From: Candidatus Binatia bacterium
Lineage (GTDB): Bacteria; Desulfobacterota; Binatia; Bin18
NCBI GenBank assembly: GCA_963666315.2
Contig: CAXXHG010000046.1
Span: 96,001-160,000, forward strand
Length of the DNA: 64,000 bases
Reading direction: 5' to 3'
Below, piece after piece: positions 29,557 through 40,230 of this stretch. Positions within the stretch are counted from its first letter, which is position 1; each line of letters begins with the position of its first letter. The translations under genes were made by a program, and so were the position numbers. Under the pieces are notes generated by a model. It did not search any database. It was not told the DNA's origin and saw only the letters and a program-made list of their open reading frames with translations.

Positions 29557-32162
29557 AAGTACGTATCGGTATCCATACGGGTCCAGTTGTTGTTGGTGCG
29601 ATGGGTGGAGGCGACAGGCAAGAACAGCTGGCCATAGGTGAAACACCGAACATTGCCGCCCGGGTCCAAGGGCAAGCCGAGCCGGATACGGTCGTCATCA
29701 GTGCAACCACATATCAGCTGATACATGGATCGTTCGCCTGTGAAGACCAGGGACCCCAGACACTAAAAGGAATCAGTACTCCACTGTCGCTCTATCGGGT
29801 TACGGAAGAGCGGGCCGTCCAAAGCCGCTTTGAGGCGACGGTTCAAAAGGGTGTAGAGGGCTTATCAGCATTGGTCGGCCGCGAGGAGGAGATCCAGTTC
29901 CTACACGAGCACTGGCAGCGTTCCTGCACAGGGGAAGGTCAGGCCGTGCTGGTAAGTGGGGAGCCCGGCATTGGCAAATCACGGCTCATGCAAGAACTCA
30001 AGGAGAGAGTTGCCAAGGATGCAGGCAGATGTATTGAGTTTCACTGTTCTCCCTATCACACCAACAGCGCCCTGCATCCAGTCATTGAGCATCTGCAACA
30101 ACGACTGCAGTTTGAGCGGGATGACACGGATGAGACCAAGCTGGAAAAACTCTAACACGCGTTCGCCTCTAATCGCTTTGCGAAAACTGATCCCCTGTCT
30201 CTTTCCCTGCTCGCAGCGCTGTTATCACTGCCGCAACCTGAGGACTCTCCTCCACTGGCCTATAGTCCTCAAAAGCAGAAAGAGAAGACTTACGAGACGC
30301 TTGGGCGCTGGCTCGTGGAGGAAGCCGAGGACACTGCCGTATGCTGCCTGTGGGAAGACCTGCACTGGGCCGACCCGTCAACGCTTGAACTGCTGGCCCT
30401 CTACCTGGACCAAGTTCCGACTGCGCGCATGTTGGCCATGCTCGTCTTCCGTCCGGAATTTACACCCCCGTGGACGATCCGGTCGCACATGACCCAATTC
30501 ACACTGAGCCGCTTGGGACAGCCGCACGTGGTAGCGATAATTGAACGCGTGACGGGGGGTAAAGCACTGCCAAACGAGGTCGTGCAGCAAATCGCGGCTA
30601 AGACCGATGGGGTGCCGCTGTTTGTGGAGGAGTTGACCAAGACAGTGCTGGAATCTGACATCGTCCGGGCCGTCAACGGTCACTATGAACTAACAGGTCC
30701 GGTGTCCGCTTTGAGTATTCCCGTCACCTTACAAGACTCGCTCATGGCCCGGTTGGATAGGCTGCCACTGGCCAAAGGGGTGGCGCAATTGGGGGCAACG
30801 ATAGGCCGAGAGTTTAACTATGAACTCCTCCACGCTACAGAGTTACCTGCCGAGGAGGAGCTGCAACAAGGTCTCGAACAATTAGTCCAGGCCGAGTTGG
30901 TTTATCAGCGCGGCTACCTGCCCGATGCTCAGTACACGTTTAAGCATGCGCTGATTCAGGACACAGCGTATCAGTCTTTATTGAAACGCACCCGCCAGCA
31001 GTACCACCGTCAGATTGCCGAAGTCATGGAGCAGCAGTTTGCCGAGCGGGTAAGCGCGCAGCCGGAGCTGCTAGCGCACCATTACACCGAGGCCCAGCTG
31101 ATTGAGCAGGCGCTGCCGTATTGGCTACAAGCCGGGCAGCAGGCCACGCAGCGGTTTGCCAACACCGAAGCTATCCAGCACTTGGACAAAGGTGTCGCGC
31201 TCCTCCAGACTCTGCCCGACAGCCCTGAGCGGGCGCAGCACGAGCTGCCGTTTCATATGGCGTTACAGGCGTCGCTCTTTACCACGACCGGATGGGCCTC
31301 TCCCGAGCTGGGCCGGAGCATGGAACGGGCGTACACCCTGTCTCAGCAGGTTGGCGAGCCCCGGCAGATTTTTGATGTGTTGATGGGGCTGTGCCCATTT
31401 CATATGGGCGGTCAATCTGAGCTGCGGACAAGCCTAGAAGTGGCCGAACAGATGCTGCGCCTGGCCCAGGGGCAGGACGACGCCACCCTCATGCAGAGAG
31501 CCCATTTGATGGTGGCGAATACGCTATTCTATATGGGTAACCTCTCCACGACGCAGATACACCTTGCGCAGGGGCTGGCCCTTGGCGACGCCGTGCAGGA
31601 CGGTTTTATCAAGCAGCTCGGGGCGGACGCGCGGATGGTTCTGCTATCCTACGTCGCGCTGACCCTCTGGGTACAGGGGTTTCCCGAGCAGGCGTTGCAG
31701 CGGAGTACAGAAGCTATAACCCAGGCGCAGGAACTGGGGCACCCCTTCAACTCGGTGATGGGGCTCGAGCTGGCTACGCTGCTCCATGTATTACGTCGCG
31801 AGGCGCAATCGGCCCAAGAGCGAGCTGAGGCGGCTATGACTCTTGCGACGGAGCACGGGTTCCCAATGTACGTGGCCTGGAGCTCTATCCACCACGGCTG
31901 GGCCGTCGGAGAGCAGGGAGCCCCTGAGGAAGGGAGCGCACTGTTCAAGGAGGCACTCTCCCTCTACCAGGCTCCAGGGATAAAGGGATGGATACCGTTT
32001 TATCTGGGACTCTTGGCGCAATTAGACGGGCAGGGGGGGCGCGCCGAGGAGGGCTTGTCCGTGTTGGCCGAGGCTCGCGAGCTCAGCACGCAACGAGGGG
32101 ACTGCTGGAGTGAGGCAGAGTTGTATCGGCTGACCGGCGAGTTGACATTACAAAAGTTCAAA

Positions 32163-32225
32163 GCCCGTCCTGAGCAAAGTCGAAGGATTCAAAGTTCAGA
32201 GCCTGTCCTGAGCGGAGTCGAAGGG
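32163..32225 (+). repeat. Two in-gene copies of a GTCCTGAGCnnAGTCGAAGG repeat
   Basis: 32163-32187 and 32201-32225, translated as ARPEQSRR...PVLSGVEG. Confidence 0.75.
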
Positions 32226-32470
32226 ATCAATGGCGAAGAAGAAGCTGAAGGCCATTTTCTCAAGGCCATTGAAATTGCCCAAAAGCAAGAAGCCAAATCC
32301 TGGGAACTGCGCGCCGCCACGAGCCTTGCTCATCTGTGGCAGCAACAAGGCAAGAAGCAAGAAGCCCTCGATTTACTCGCTCCATTCTACAATTGGTTTA
32401 CCGAAGGCTTTGACACGCCGGACTTGAAAGACGCCAAAGCGTTGTTGGATGAACTAATGGAGAGGCAGTA

Positions 32471-34699
32471 ATGGACTTTCCCGAGCTGCTAGACCAAGTC
32501 CGAGAGCTACTCCGCACCAAGGGTCGTGTATCCCCTATCTATTTTCTTTATTAGGGATAGAGGAAGCGAATTCGTCTCTACAGCAGATGGACGCCCAGAT
32601 TCGGCGGCAGCGGACGTTTGAGGCGCTGAAGAAACTGTTTTTACGAGAGAGCCTCAATCAGCCATTCCTCTTCATCTTTGAAGACCTACATTGGATTGAC
32701 AGTGAGACACAAGGTTTTCTAGATGCGCTGAGTGAGAGCATCGCGTTGGCCAACCTACTCTTGTTAGTGAACTACCGGCCTGAGTATCGCCACGAGTGGG
32801 GCCAGAAGACCTATTGCACCCAACTGCGGCTTGCTCCACTGGGCAAAGACGAAGCGGAGGAGCTGCTGACCTCCCTCCTGGGAAGAGATGCTAGCCTCAA
32901 GGCATTGAAAGGGCTGATCCTAGAGCGCACTGATGGCACGCCCTTCTTCATGGAAGAGGTGGTGCAGACTTTGACGGAGGAAGGTGCGTTAAGCGGTGAG
33001 CGTAGCAACTACCGACTGGAAGCGACCCCGACCGAGCTCCATATTTCTCCGACCGTCCAAGGCGTGTTAGCCGCCCGCATAGATCGACTCACCGCAGAAG
33101 AAAAAGAATTCCTTCAGCAGCTCTCCGTAATCGGTCGCCAGTTTCCGGTCAGTCTGGTCAAGCAAGTTGTTCCTCAATCCGAGGCAGACCTGTATCGCAT
33201 CTTAGCGTCTCTGCAGGCCAAAGAATTTCTGTACGAACAGCCCGCCTTTCCCGAGGTCGAATACCTCTTTAAGCACGCACTCACCCAAGACGTGGCCTAT
33301 GGGACCGTGCTCCAGGAACGGCGCAAGGCGCTGCACGAGCGGACGGGGCAAGCGATAGAATCGCTGTATAAAGACAAGCGCGAAGACCATTACACTGAAC
33401 TCGCCCATCACTACAGTCTGAGTGACAACACCGAGAAGGCTCTCGAATATCTCTATCTGGCCGGGCAGCGGGCTATACAAAGGTCCGCCAATGCCGAAGC
33501 AATTAAGCACTTGAACCAAGGAATCGCGCTCCTCCAGACACTACCCGACAGCTCAGAGCGGACACAACACGAACTCCAATTCCATGTAGCGTTGAATGCG
33601 CCGCTGTATGCCACCAGCGGATTTGCCTCACCTGAGCTGGGACAGACCATGGAGCAGGCGTACGCGCTGTGCCAACGGTTAGGGGAGCCCCCGGAGCTCT
33701 TCAGCGTGTTGACGGGGTTGTGGATGTTTCACACCGGCGGCCAGTCCGCATTGGAGACGGGCCGTGCGTTAGCCGAGCAGATGCTGCGTTTGGCCCAGCA
33801 GCAGGACGATGCCACTCTCGTACAGAGAGCCCACGCATGGATGGCGAACACTCTCTTTTATCTGAGCGACCTATCCGCGACGCGCAAGCACCTTGAGCAA
33901 GCGATCGCGCTCGACGACATCGTACCGGATGGGATCATTGATCAAATGGGACTCGATCAAAAGGGAGTGCTACATCTCATTGCCGCACTGACCCTCTGGG
34001 TGCAGGGGTATCCAGAGCAGGCATCACAGCAGAACACTGAAGTTCTGACCCGGGCGCAGGTGCTCACCTTGGCCGCGCTGTTCCATGTCTTGCGTCGCGA
34101 GGTGCAGCCGACCTTGGAGAATACCGAAGCAGCCAGAATACTTGCGATAGAGCGCGGGCTTCCATTTTACTTAGCTTGGGGCTCTATCCACCAGGGCTGG
34201 GCCGTCGCAGACCAAGGAGACCCTGAGCAAGGGGTCTCACTACTTGAGCAAGGACTCTCCCACTACCGAGCGACAGGGCAAGGGGGCTGGGTACCATTTT
34301 ATCTCGGTCTCCTGGCGCAGGTGCAGGGGCAGGCTGGACACATGGAAGAAGGTTTGTCGATATTGGCCAAGGCGCGGGAGATGAGCACGCAGCGGGGAGA
34401 GGTCTGGAGTGAGGCGGAATTGTATAGGCTGACCGGGGAGCTGACGCTACAAGAATGGAAGGTCAAAGGTCACAAGTCAAAAGTCGAAGAAGAAGCGGAA
34501 GGCCATTGAGATTGCCCAGAAGCAAGAGGCTAAGTCCTGGGAACTGCGTGCCGCCACGAGTCTGGCTCGTCTATGGCAACAGCAGGGCAAGAAGCAAGAA
34601 GCCCTCGATCTCCTCGCTCCCGTCTACAATTGGTTCACCGAAGGCTTTGACACGGCAGACTTGAAGGAGGCTAAGATGCTGATAGATCAGTTGTCTTGA
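32471..34699 (+). pseudogene. Second cyclase-AAA-TPR paralogue with cyclase/Walker A region deleted and a C-terminal frameshift
   Basis: MDFPELLDQVRELLRTKGRV joined to the mid-ATPase region; GH* at 34509, then [20 protein letters not shown] in another frame. Confidence 0.85.
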
Positions 34700-34722
34700 T
34701 CCGTCCCTTTATGAGTATGACT

Positions 34723-34783
34723 GTAGGGGCGAGGTTACCTCGCCCAATAAGGTGTCGGGTTACGCTCCGCTAACCCGACCTAC
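34723..34783. repeat. REP doublet downstream of the cyclase tandem
   Basis: GTAGGGGCGAGGTTACCTCGCCC plus inverted copy (31/32 identical) of the 28879 REP at 34752-34783. Confidence 0.8.
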
Positions 34784-34805
34784 GGCTCGCGCATAGATAT
34801 CAACG

Positions 34806-36185
34806 TCAGTTTAGTGTGGTATCCGTCTGAGCGCGTTCAGAATCTGCCCCAAAGACAATCTGCCCAGCCGCGTCTTGCGCTCGAATACGCGCTTCGATTG
34901 TAGGTGAGATCTGCAAGTTACGCTCTGTGGGGAATTTGTCCTTGTATAAATGCGGGCGCAGGAAGAACTCTTCGGGAGTCCGGATCACCGCTTGGGTTTT
35001 TAAAGGCGCGGGGAACCAACCGCGACGCATGAAGTCTGGAGAGAAGAACACGTCCTTGTCTTGCTGTGACCAATCTTTGACCTGCATAGCATCATGCAGC
35101 GTGTAGCCATAATAGTCTGCCTGGGCGTCCCACCAGACCGCAATCAGGTTGTGATAGCCGCGCTCCCCGAGGTTCGGATTCATCATTTTGGTAATCCGCG
35201 TCTCAAGAAAGATGAGCTCATCCTGCTGGCCGTACACCTCCATCCGGAGCGGATAGAAATAGTGTTGATCCAGCCAATACACCACCTTGCTGGCATAATA
35301 ACCCGGCAGCCATTCCGGCTTTGGACGGGATTCAACGACGTAGAAGCTCACGCTCCCATCTGGCTGATAATGTGGATATTCGTCTCCCATTATTTTCAGG
35401 TCTTGGACGGGAACGTCGGTGAAGGATCCATCTGCTGTTGCCAGGGTGATAATCGGTCGCGTTTTTGGGAAGCGGACCGTCTCGGTCAAAGTATCGGTTC
35501 CCAATATCCGCCACGAAAACTCCCAAGCGTCGCGACCCAGCGAGTCATCAAACGTCATCGGCCACGTAGCCAGCTTGTCTTCTCGTTGGGGTTGCGGGAA
35601 GCGGCGGACCCGACGGATTGCGGGCGAATAGCCAAACAGGTCGGCCTTGATGCGCTTCTCCTTATCCGTCCGGTAGGTCATAAAGAGCAGTTGATTGCCG
35701 TAATTTTCAGGCGGAGATAAATCCTGAGTCAACCAGTGAGCCAACAGTTCCCCCGGTTGCGCAGTCAGGTGTCCAATCAACCCCTCGGGTTTCCGATAAT
35801 GAACGAGGACGAGAATTTGCGAACTGGACAGATAGCCGCTCGGTGTCAATATCCCTGCGTCTTCGATCTGAACACAGCTCCAACGCGGCATGTGAGGGAA
35901 TTCCATGCCGCGAAAGCCCATTTCCTCGGCGGTGTATGGGGTTTTGAATGGATAAGCTTCAGCCGGTAGATACGGGGTGTTCGCATCGCGTGGCGTATCC
36001 TTCGCCATATCGATACCAATCCGTTCGTCTTCAGAAAGCTCAGAAAGTGCCTTCCATGTTCTCCCCGGTGCCTCAGTCTGCTCCCCTGCAGCCCAGAGAG
36101 GCTGCAAACAAAAAACGAGGCTCAAGCCAATGAGGATAAAAAATCTTAAGCTTCGGCCGAAAAGGTGTCTCACGTCGCCGCGCAT
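34806..36185 (-). CDS. DUF1329 / outer-membrane lipoprotein-sorting-like periplasmic protein
   Basis: Signal peptide; YSPAIRRVRR...RED...TFDD motif. Confidence 0.75.
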   Translation of the reverse strand: MRGDVRHLFGRSLRFFILIGLSLVFCLQPLWAAGEQTEAPGRTWKALSELSEDERIGIDMAKDTPRDANTPYLPAEAYPFKTPYTAEEMGFRGMEFPHMPRWSCVQIEDAGILTPSGYLSSSQILVLVHYRKPEGLIGHLTAQPGELLAHWLTQDLSPPENYGNQLLFMTYRTDKEKRIKADLFGYSPAIRRVRRFPQPQREDKLATWPMTFDDSLGRDAWEFSWRILGTDTLTETVRFPKTRPIITLATADGSFTDVPVQDLKIMGDEYPHYQPDGSVSFYVVESRPKPEWLPGYYASKVVYWLDQHYFYPLRMEVYGQQDELIFLETRITKMMNPNLGERGYHNLIAVWWDAQADYYGYTLHDAMQVKDWSQQDKDVFFSPDFMRRGWFPAPLKTQAVIRTPEEFFLRPHLYKDKFPTERNLQISPTIEARIRAQDAAGQIVFGADSERAQTDTTLN

Positions 36186-36332
36186 TCAGGCCCTCCTTTC
36201 GCTTTCGTACCATACCGAAGACAACCCATCGGATGCAAGTGATCCGTCGCGGCGTACAGCACAGCGAGAAGCCTTGGCCTTTATCCTCCAACCGATTAGG
36301 ATACGCTTAGCATCCGTATCTGGATAATCAAG

Positions 36333-36698
36333 ATGAAGAAATCACTCAGCCGGGCATATTTCTTATTTGCTTTGAGCCTTTTTGGCCTTGCTGGCCTGCA
36401 TACGATTTACTTAGGAAAACCGATTAAGGGGGTCCTTTTTCTGATTGCGACCTGGGCAGGCCTCTTCGCTCTCACAACGGTACTCATCCTGCCTTCTCCG
36501 AGTATCCCTCTGGTGATTGGGCTGGCGCTACCCAGGATATGGCAGACTTTCGTGCTCACCATCCCCTCCCCCAGTACTCTCCTTGTGGTTGGGCTGCTCG
36601 CGCTGCCTGTTATTGGGGTATGGTGGTTCGTTGATTTGTTCTCTCTTCCGAGGCAGGTACGGAAGGCAAACACGATGAGAGAGCATGTCAAAACGTAA
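36333..36698 (+). CDS. TM2/NINE domain membrane protein
   Basis: AYFLF...GLAGLHTIYLGK..KGVLFL; WWFVDLF.LP.QV..AN. Confidence 0.8.
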   Translation: MKKSLSRAYFLFALSLFGLAGLHTIYLGKPIKGVLFLIATWAGLFALTTVLILPSPSIPLVIGLALPRIWQTFVLTIPSPSTLLVVGLLALPVIGVWWFVDLFSLPRQVRKANTMREHVKT

Positions 36699-36826
36699 GG
36701 AAACATGCCCAGCCGTGCACCGCTGATGACAACACCGGTCTGATCCCTCGCTCCCATAGAGTTTGAGAAGCACGCCTGATCTTGTTATCACTTGGCTGCC
36801 AGAAACATCAGACACAGGAGAACATC

Positions 36827-37708
36827 ATGACCATACCCTCAGCCCCAGCAGTTCAATCATTTACCATCGGTAATATCAGCGTCTCAAAAGTGTTGGACTG
36901 CATCGAGCCAACGAGTCCGCGCTTTCTCTATGTTGATAAGAGCAAGGAAGACTTTCAGCCGTATTTGGACTGGCTCCAACCACACTTTCTTGACGCAGGC
37001 AGACGGATGCTGCTCAGCATCCATACCTTTCTCATTCAAACCGCTCACAACACCATCCTCGTCGATACTTGTGTCGGCAACGACAAACAGGGCCTCGCCT
37101 TTCCGCAATGGAACGAACGCCAAGAAGACGTCTACTTACGGGACCTTGCTGCAGTGGGCTACTCTCCACAAGACGTAGACTATGTGTTCTGCACCCACAT
37201 GCATCTCGATCACACGGGTTGGAATACCCGTTTGCAAGACGGCCGTTGGACGCCCACATTTCCAAACGCCACCTACCTGTTTAACAAACAGGAGTGGGAA
37301 CACTGGAAAGACGAACCCAACCCAGAGGATCAAGCCGTTGTTGAGCAGAATATAACGCCAATCATTGAAGCTGCGCTGGTAGAATGGGTGGACAACGCGT
37401 GGGGCATTGATGATGAAGTCAGCCTGGTGCCAACGCCTGGTCATACACCGGGGCATTGTAGCGTCCAGCTCGGCTCCAACGGTCAGCAGGCCATTATTAC
37501 TGGCGATATAATGGTCAACCCGGTTCAGGTTGCCGAACCGCACTGGAGTCAAATCGCGGATACGGACAAAGCTCTCGCCATTGAGACCCGGACTCAATTT
37601 ATCGACCAGCACTGTGATACCGACACAATGATTCTAGGGACGCACTTCAACACACCAACCGGTGTCTATATTGTCAGTCAGGGTGAACAGAAACGGATCA
37701 GATGGTAA
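36827..37708 (+). CDS. MBL-fold metallo-hydrolase
   Basis: THMHLDHTGWN, TPGHTPGH, TGD, GTHF. Confidence 0.92.
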   Translation: MTIPSAPAVQSFTIGNISVSKVLDCIEPTSPRFLYVDKSKEDFQPYLDWLQPHFLDAGRRMLLSIHTFLIQTAHNTILVDTCVGNDKQGLAFPQWNERQEDVYLRDLAAVGYSPQDVDYVFCTHMHLDHTGWNTRLQDGRWTPTFPNATYLFNKQEWEHWKDEPNPEDQAVVEQNITPIIEAALVEWVDNAWGIDDEVSLVPTPGHTPGHCSVQLGSNGQQAIITGDIMVNPVQVAEPHWSQIADTDKALAIETRTQFIDQHCDTDTMILGTHFNTPTGVYIVSQGEQKRIRW

Positions 37709-37718
37709 AGGACACCGC

Positions 37719-38771
37719 ATGAAATTTGGATTGCACTTTCAGCTTCCCCAGTCTCCCCATCAATCGGACGTGGCGCTCTACCGCGACTCTTTGGATCAAG
37801 CTGCTCACGCAGAGACGTTAGGTTTTGAGTCAGTCTGGCCGGTCGAGCAACATTTTAATGCAGCATTCTCCTTGCTGCCTTCGCCTCTGCTGTGGCTGGC
37901 TGCTCTGGCGGAACGCACGCACACCATGCGTCTCGGCATTGGCATTATCTTATTGCCTCTTTCACACCCAGTGCGGGTGGCAGAGGAAATCGCAACCCTG
38001 GATGTCTTGAGCAATGGACGGGTCGAGTTCGGTATTGGTCGAGGGGTGTTTCCCGCTCACTTTGCGGGTTTTGGTATCGACCAGGCAGAGAGCCGGGAGC
38101 GTTTACTGGAAGGCTTAGAGATCATTCTCAAGGCATGGACCGAAGAACGTTTTTCGTTCCACGGCAAGTTTTTTAACGTAGAGAACTTGTGTGTTGTTCC
38201 AAAACCGATCCAACAGCCGCACCCGCCTGTGCGCGTGGCCTCGAATACGGTTGAGACCTTCGAGCTGATGGGAAAACTCGGATACTCAATCCTGTCCGCC
38301 TCTCAGGTGAATACGTTTCCCAAACTGCGCGAGCTGATTCCGCTCTATTACCAAGCTCGTCAAGCAGCCGGACATACAAATGGAGACGCTGACACACTCA
38401 GCCTGCTCTCCCCCGTCTATGTTGGGGACACCGCAGACCAGGTCCGATCCGAGTCTGCGCCGAGCATGAGTCGATTTATTCAATCGCTGCTTGAGGCTTT
38501 TCCAGCAATCACTAATGACGGTTCGGAAAAAAGCAAATTGCTCCAGGAAGCCGCAGATCGTCTCCGTGACACCACATATGAGCAGGTGTGTGAAACAATG
38601 GCCATCTATGAGACGCCGGAAGTGTGCGTTGAACGGCTTCAGCAATTGCAGGCAGAGTTTGGCATGGGCCGCATGATCTGCTGGTTTAATGCGGGCGGAC
38701 TCGTTCCGCATGAAAACGTTATGCGCAGTATGGAACTCTTTGCCGACAAAGTCATGCCGAATTTTGGGTGA
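37719..38771 (+). CDS. LLM-class flavin-dependent oxidoreductase
   Basis: WPVEQHF, HPVRVAEEIATLDVLSNGRVEFGIGRG, PKPIQQPHPP. Confidence 0.93.
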   Translation: MKFGLHFQLPQSPHQSDVALYRDSLDQAAHAETLGFESVWPVEQHFNAAFSLLPSPLLWLAALAERTHTMRLGIGIILLPLSHPVRVAEEIATLDVLSNGRVEFGIGRGVFPAHFAGFGIDQAESRERLLEGLEIILKAWTEERFSFHGKFFNVENLCVVPKPIQQPHPPVRVASNTVETFELMGKLGYSILSASQVNTFPKLRELIPLYYQARQAAGHTNGDADTLSLLSPVYVGDTADQVRSESAPSMSRFIQSLLEAFPAITNDGSEKSKLLQEAADRLRDTTYEQVCETMAIYETPEVCVERLQQLQAEFGMGRMICWFNAGGLVPHENVMRSMELFADKVMPNFG

Positions 38772-38851
38772 GCAATACACACAACCAGTTCTGCGTGATT
38801 ATAGCCCCCCGTTATCAATCCGGACTGCAGGACTATGGGAAGTGCCGTGCG

Positions 38852-40009
38852 CTATGCTGGAGCGTCATGCATCCGCCACGACTTGTTCCCTGCCGGCAAA
38901 TTGAAAAGCTGGGCTGCATTCTCACGCATGATGTTTTGGCGCTGCTGCTCTGTCAGGTCGGCCGTGTGTTCGGCCAACAATTGTTGAGAGCGCGGCCAGG
39001 TTGAATCGGTATGAGGAAAATCACTCGCCCATAGCAGTTGGTGGTGAGACATCAGGTGTAGGGATTTGAACGCGGTCAGGTCGTCTTGGAAGGTCATCCA
39101 CACGTTGCTCTGTATATATTCGCTGGGCAGTTTGGACAGGCCGTCGAGAATGCCGCCCTCAACGTTGAACTTAGCGGCGTGATCCATACGGTACATATAA
39201 TGTGGCATCCAGCCGGCATCGCCCTCGGCACACACGAGTTTCAATTTCGGATGACGCTCGAAGACACCCCCCAGGACCAGGAGGCCCACCACATCTTGGA
39301 CAGCCCGGATGATGCCGAGAAAATTGTTCATGGCGTGTCCACGATGAGGCATATTCAGGCTGCCGTCGCGTGAGGTCAAAATATGAAAACAGATGGGCAG
39401 ACCGAGATCCGTGGCACACTCCCACAGGGCGTCGTAGTCGGCGTGATCATAGTCCTCGTAGATAGGACGACCGGGCATCATCATGCCGACCATATCCATC
39501 TCCTTGGCGCGTCGAAAATCAGCAATGGCACTATCAACGCTTAAGACCGCCGTCTGTGCCAGCCCCAGAATGCGGTTCGGAGCCTCGCTGCACATAGACT
39601 GTAGCCACAGGTTATAGGCCTGCATACAGGCGTTTTTATAGTCCGGATCGCGGTGCATGCACAGACCCATACCAATCGAGGCGTAGATGACTTCGGCTGC
39701 AATCCCGTCCTGGTCCATGTACGGAAGGCGCGCATGACCGCCATACGCGCCCTCGCGGATATCGGAAAACTTCGCTCTCTTTGCGCGCTCGTTGCGTTCT
39801 GTGACGCCGAAGCCGGCACCATCAATAAATCCCAGCGGAATCGGACGCTTCATCCCATGCACGACAAAGGCGTCTGTGCCGTCAGGTTGTTCAACGATGC
39901 GCGGTGCGACGTCGCGATATTTCGGATCAATATAGTCAATATAACAATTGGGCGGCTCACACACGTGGCCATCAGCTGAAATTATCCCGACTGGTATCTC
40001 TGGCATCAT
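38852..40009 (-). CDS. Amidohydrolase_2 family protein
   Basis: ISADGHVCEP, FHI, GVFERHPKLK, WASDFPH. Confidence 0.92.
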   Translation of the reverse strand: MMPEIPVGIISADGHVCEPPNCYIDYIDPKYRDVAPRIVEQPDGTDAFVVHGMKRPIPLGFIDGAGFGVTERNERAKRAKFSDIREGAYGGHARLPYMDQDGIAAEVIYASIGMGLCMHRDPDYKNACMQAYNLWLQSMCSEAPNRILGLAQTAVLSVDSAIADFRRAKEMDMVGMMMPGRPIYEDYDHADYDALWECATDLGLPICFHILTSRDGSLNMPHRGHAMNNFLGIIRAVQDVVGLLVLGGVFERHPKLKLVCAEGDAGWMPHYMYRMDHAAKFNVEGGILDGLSKLPSEYIQSNVWMTFQDDLTAFKSLHLMSHHQLLWASDFPHTDSTWPRSQQLLAEHTADLTEQQRQNIMRENAAQLFNLPAGNKSWRMHDAPA

Positions 40010-40230
40010 ATTATTTACTCTCCGTTTGCCGTTACATATTGAGCCTGACACTCCGAAGCTCGGCGATAACGAGAACACTGACAATCATAAGAACACTACC
40101 GTGGCCTAGAGTACGCAAACATCCGGATCTTTTCAAGGAAGAAGGGGAGAACTGCTATTCTGCTCAAGGAGAAGAGGCCGGACAGGCTACACGCCTTGAG
40201 TGCCACCCCAGGCTGGGCTAACGTATCCGC

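Larger units (their letters stand above)
28995..32471 (+). pseudogene. Class III adenylate/guanylate cyclase-AAA ATPase-TPR protein, interrupted by in-frame TAA 30153-30155
   Basis: [54 protein letters not shown]; ORFs 28995 and 30315 share a frame. Confidence 0.88.
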
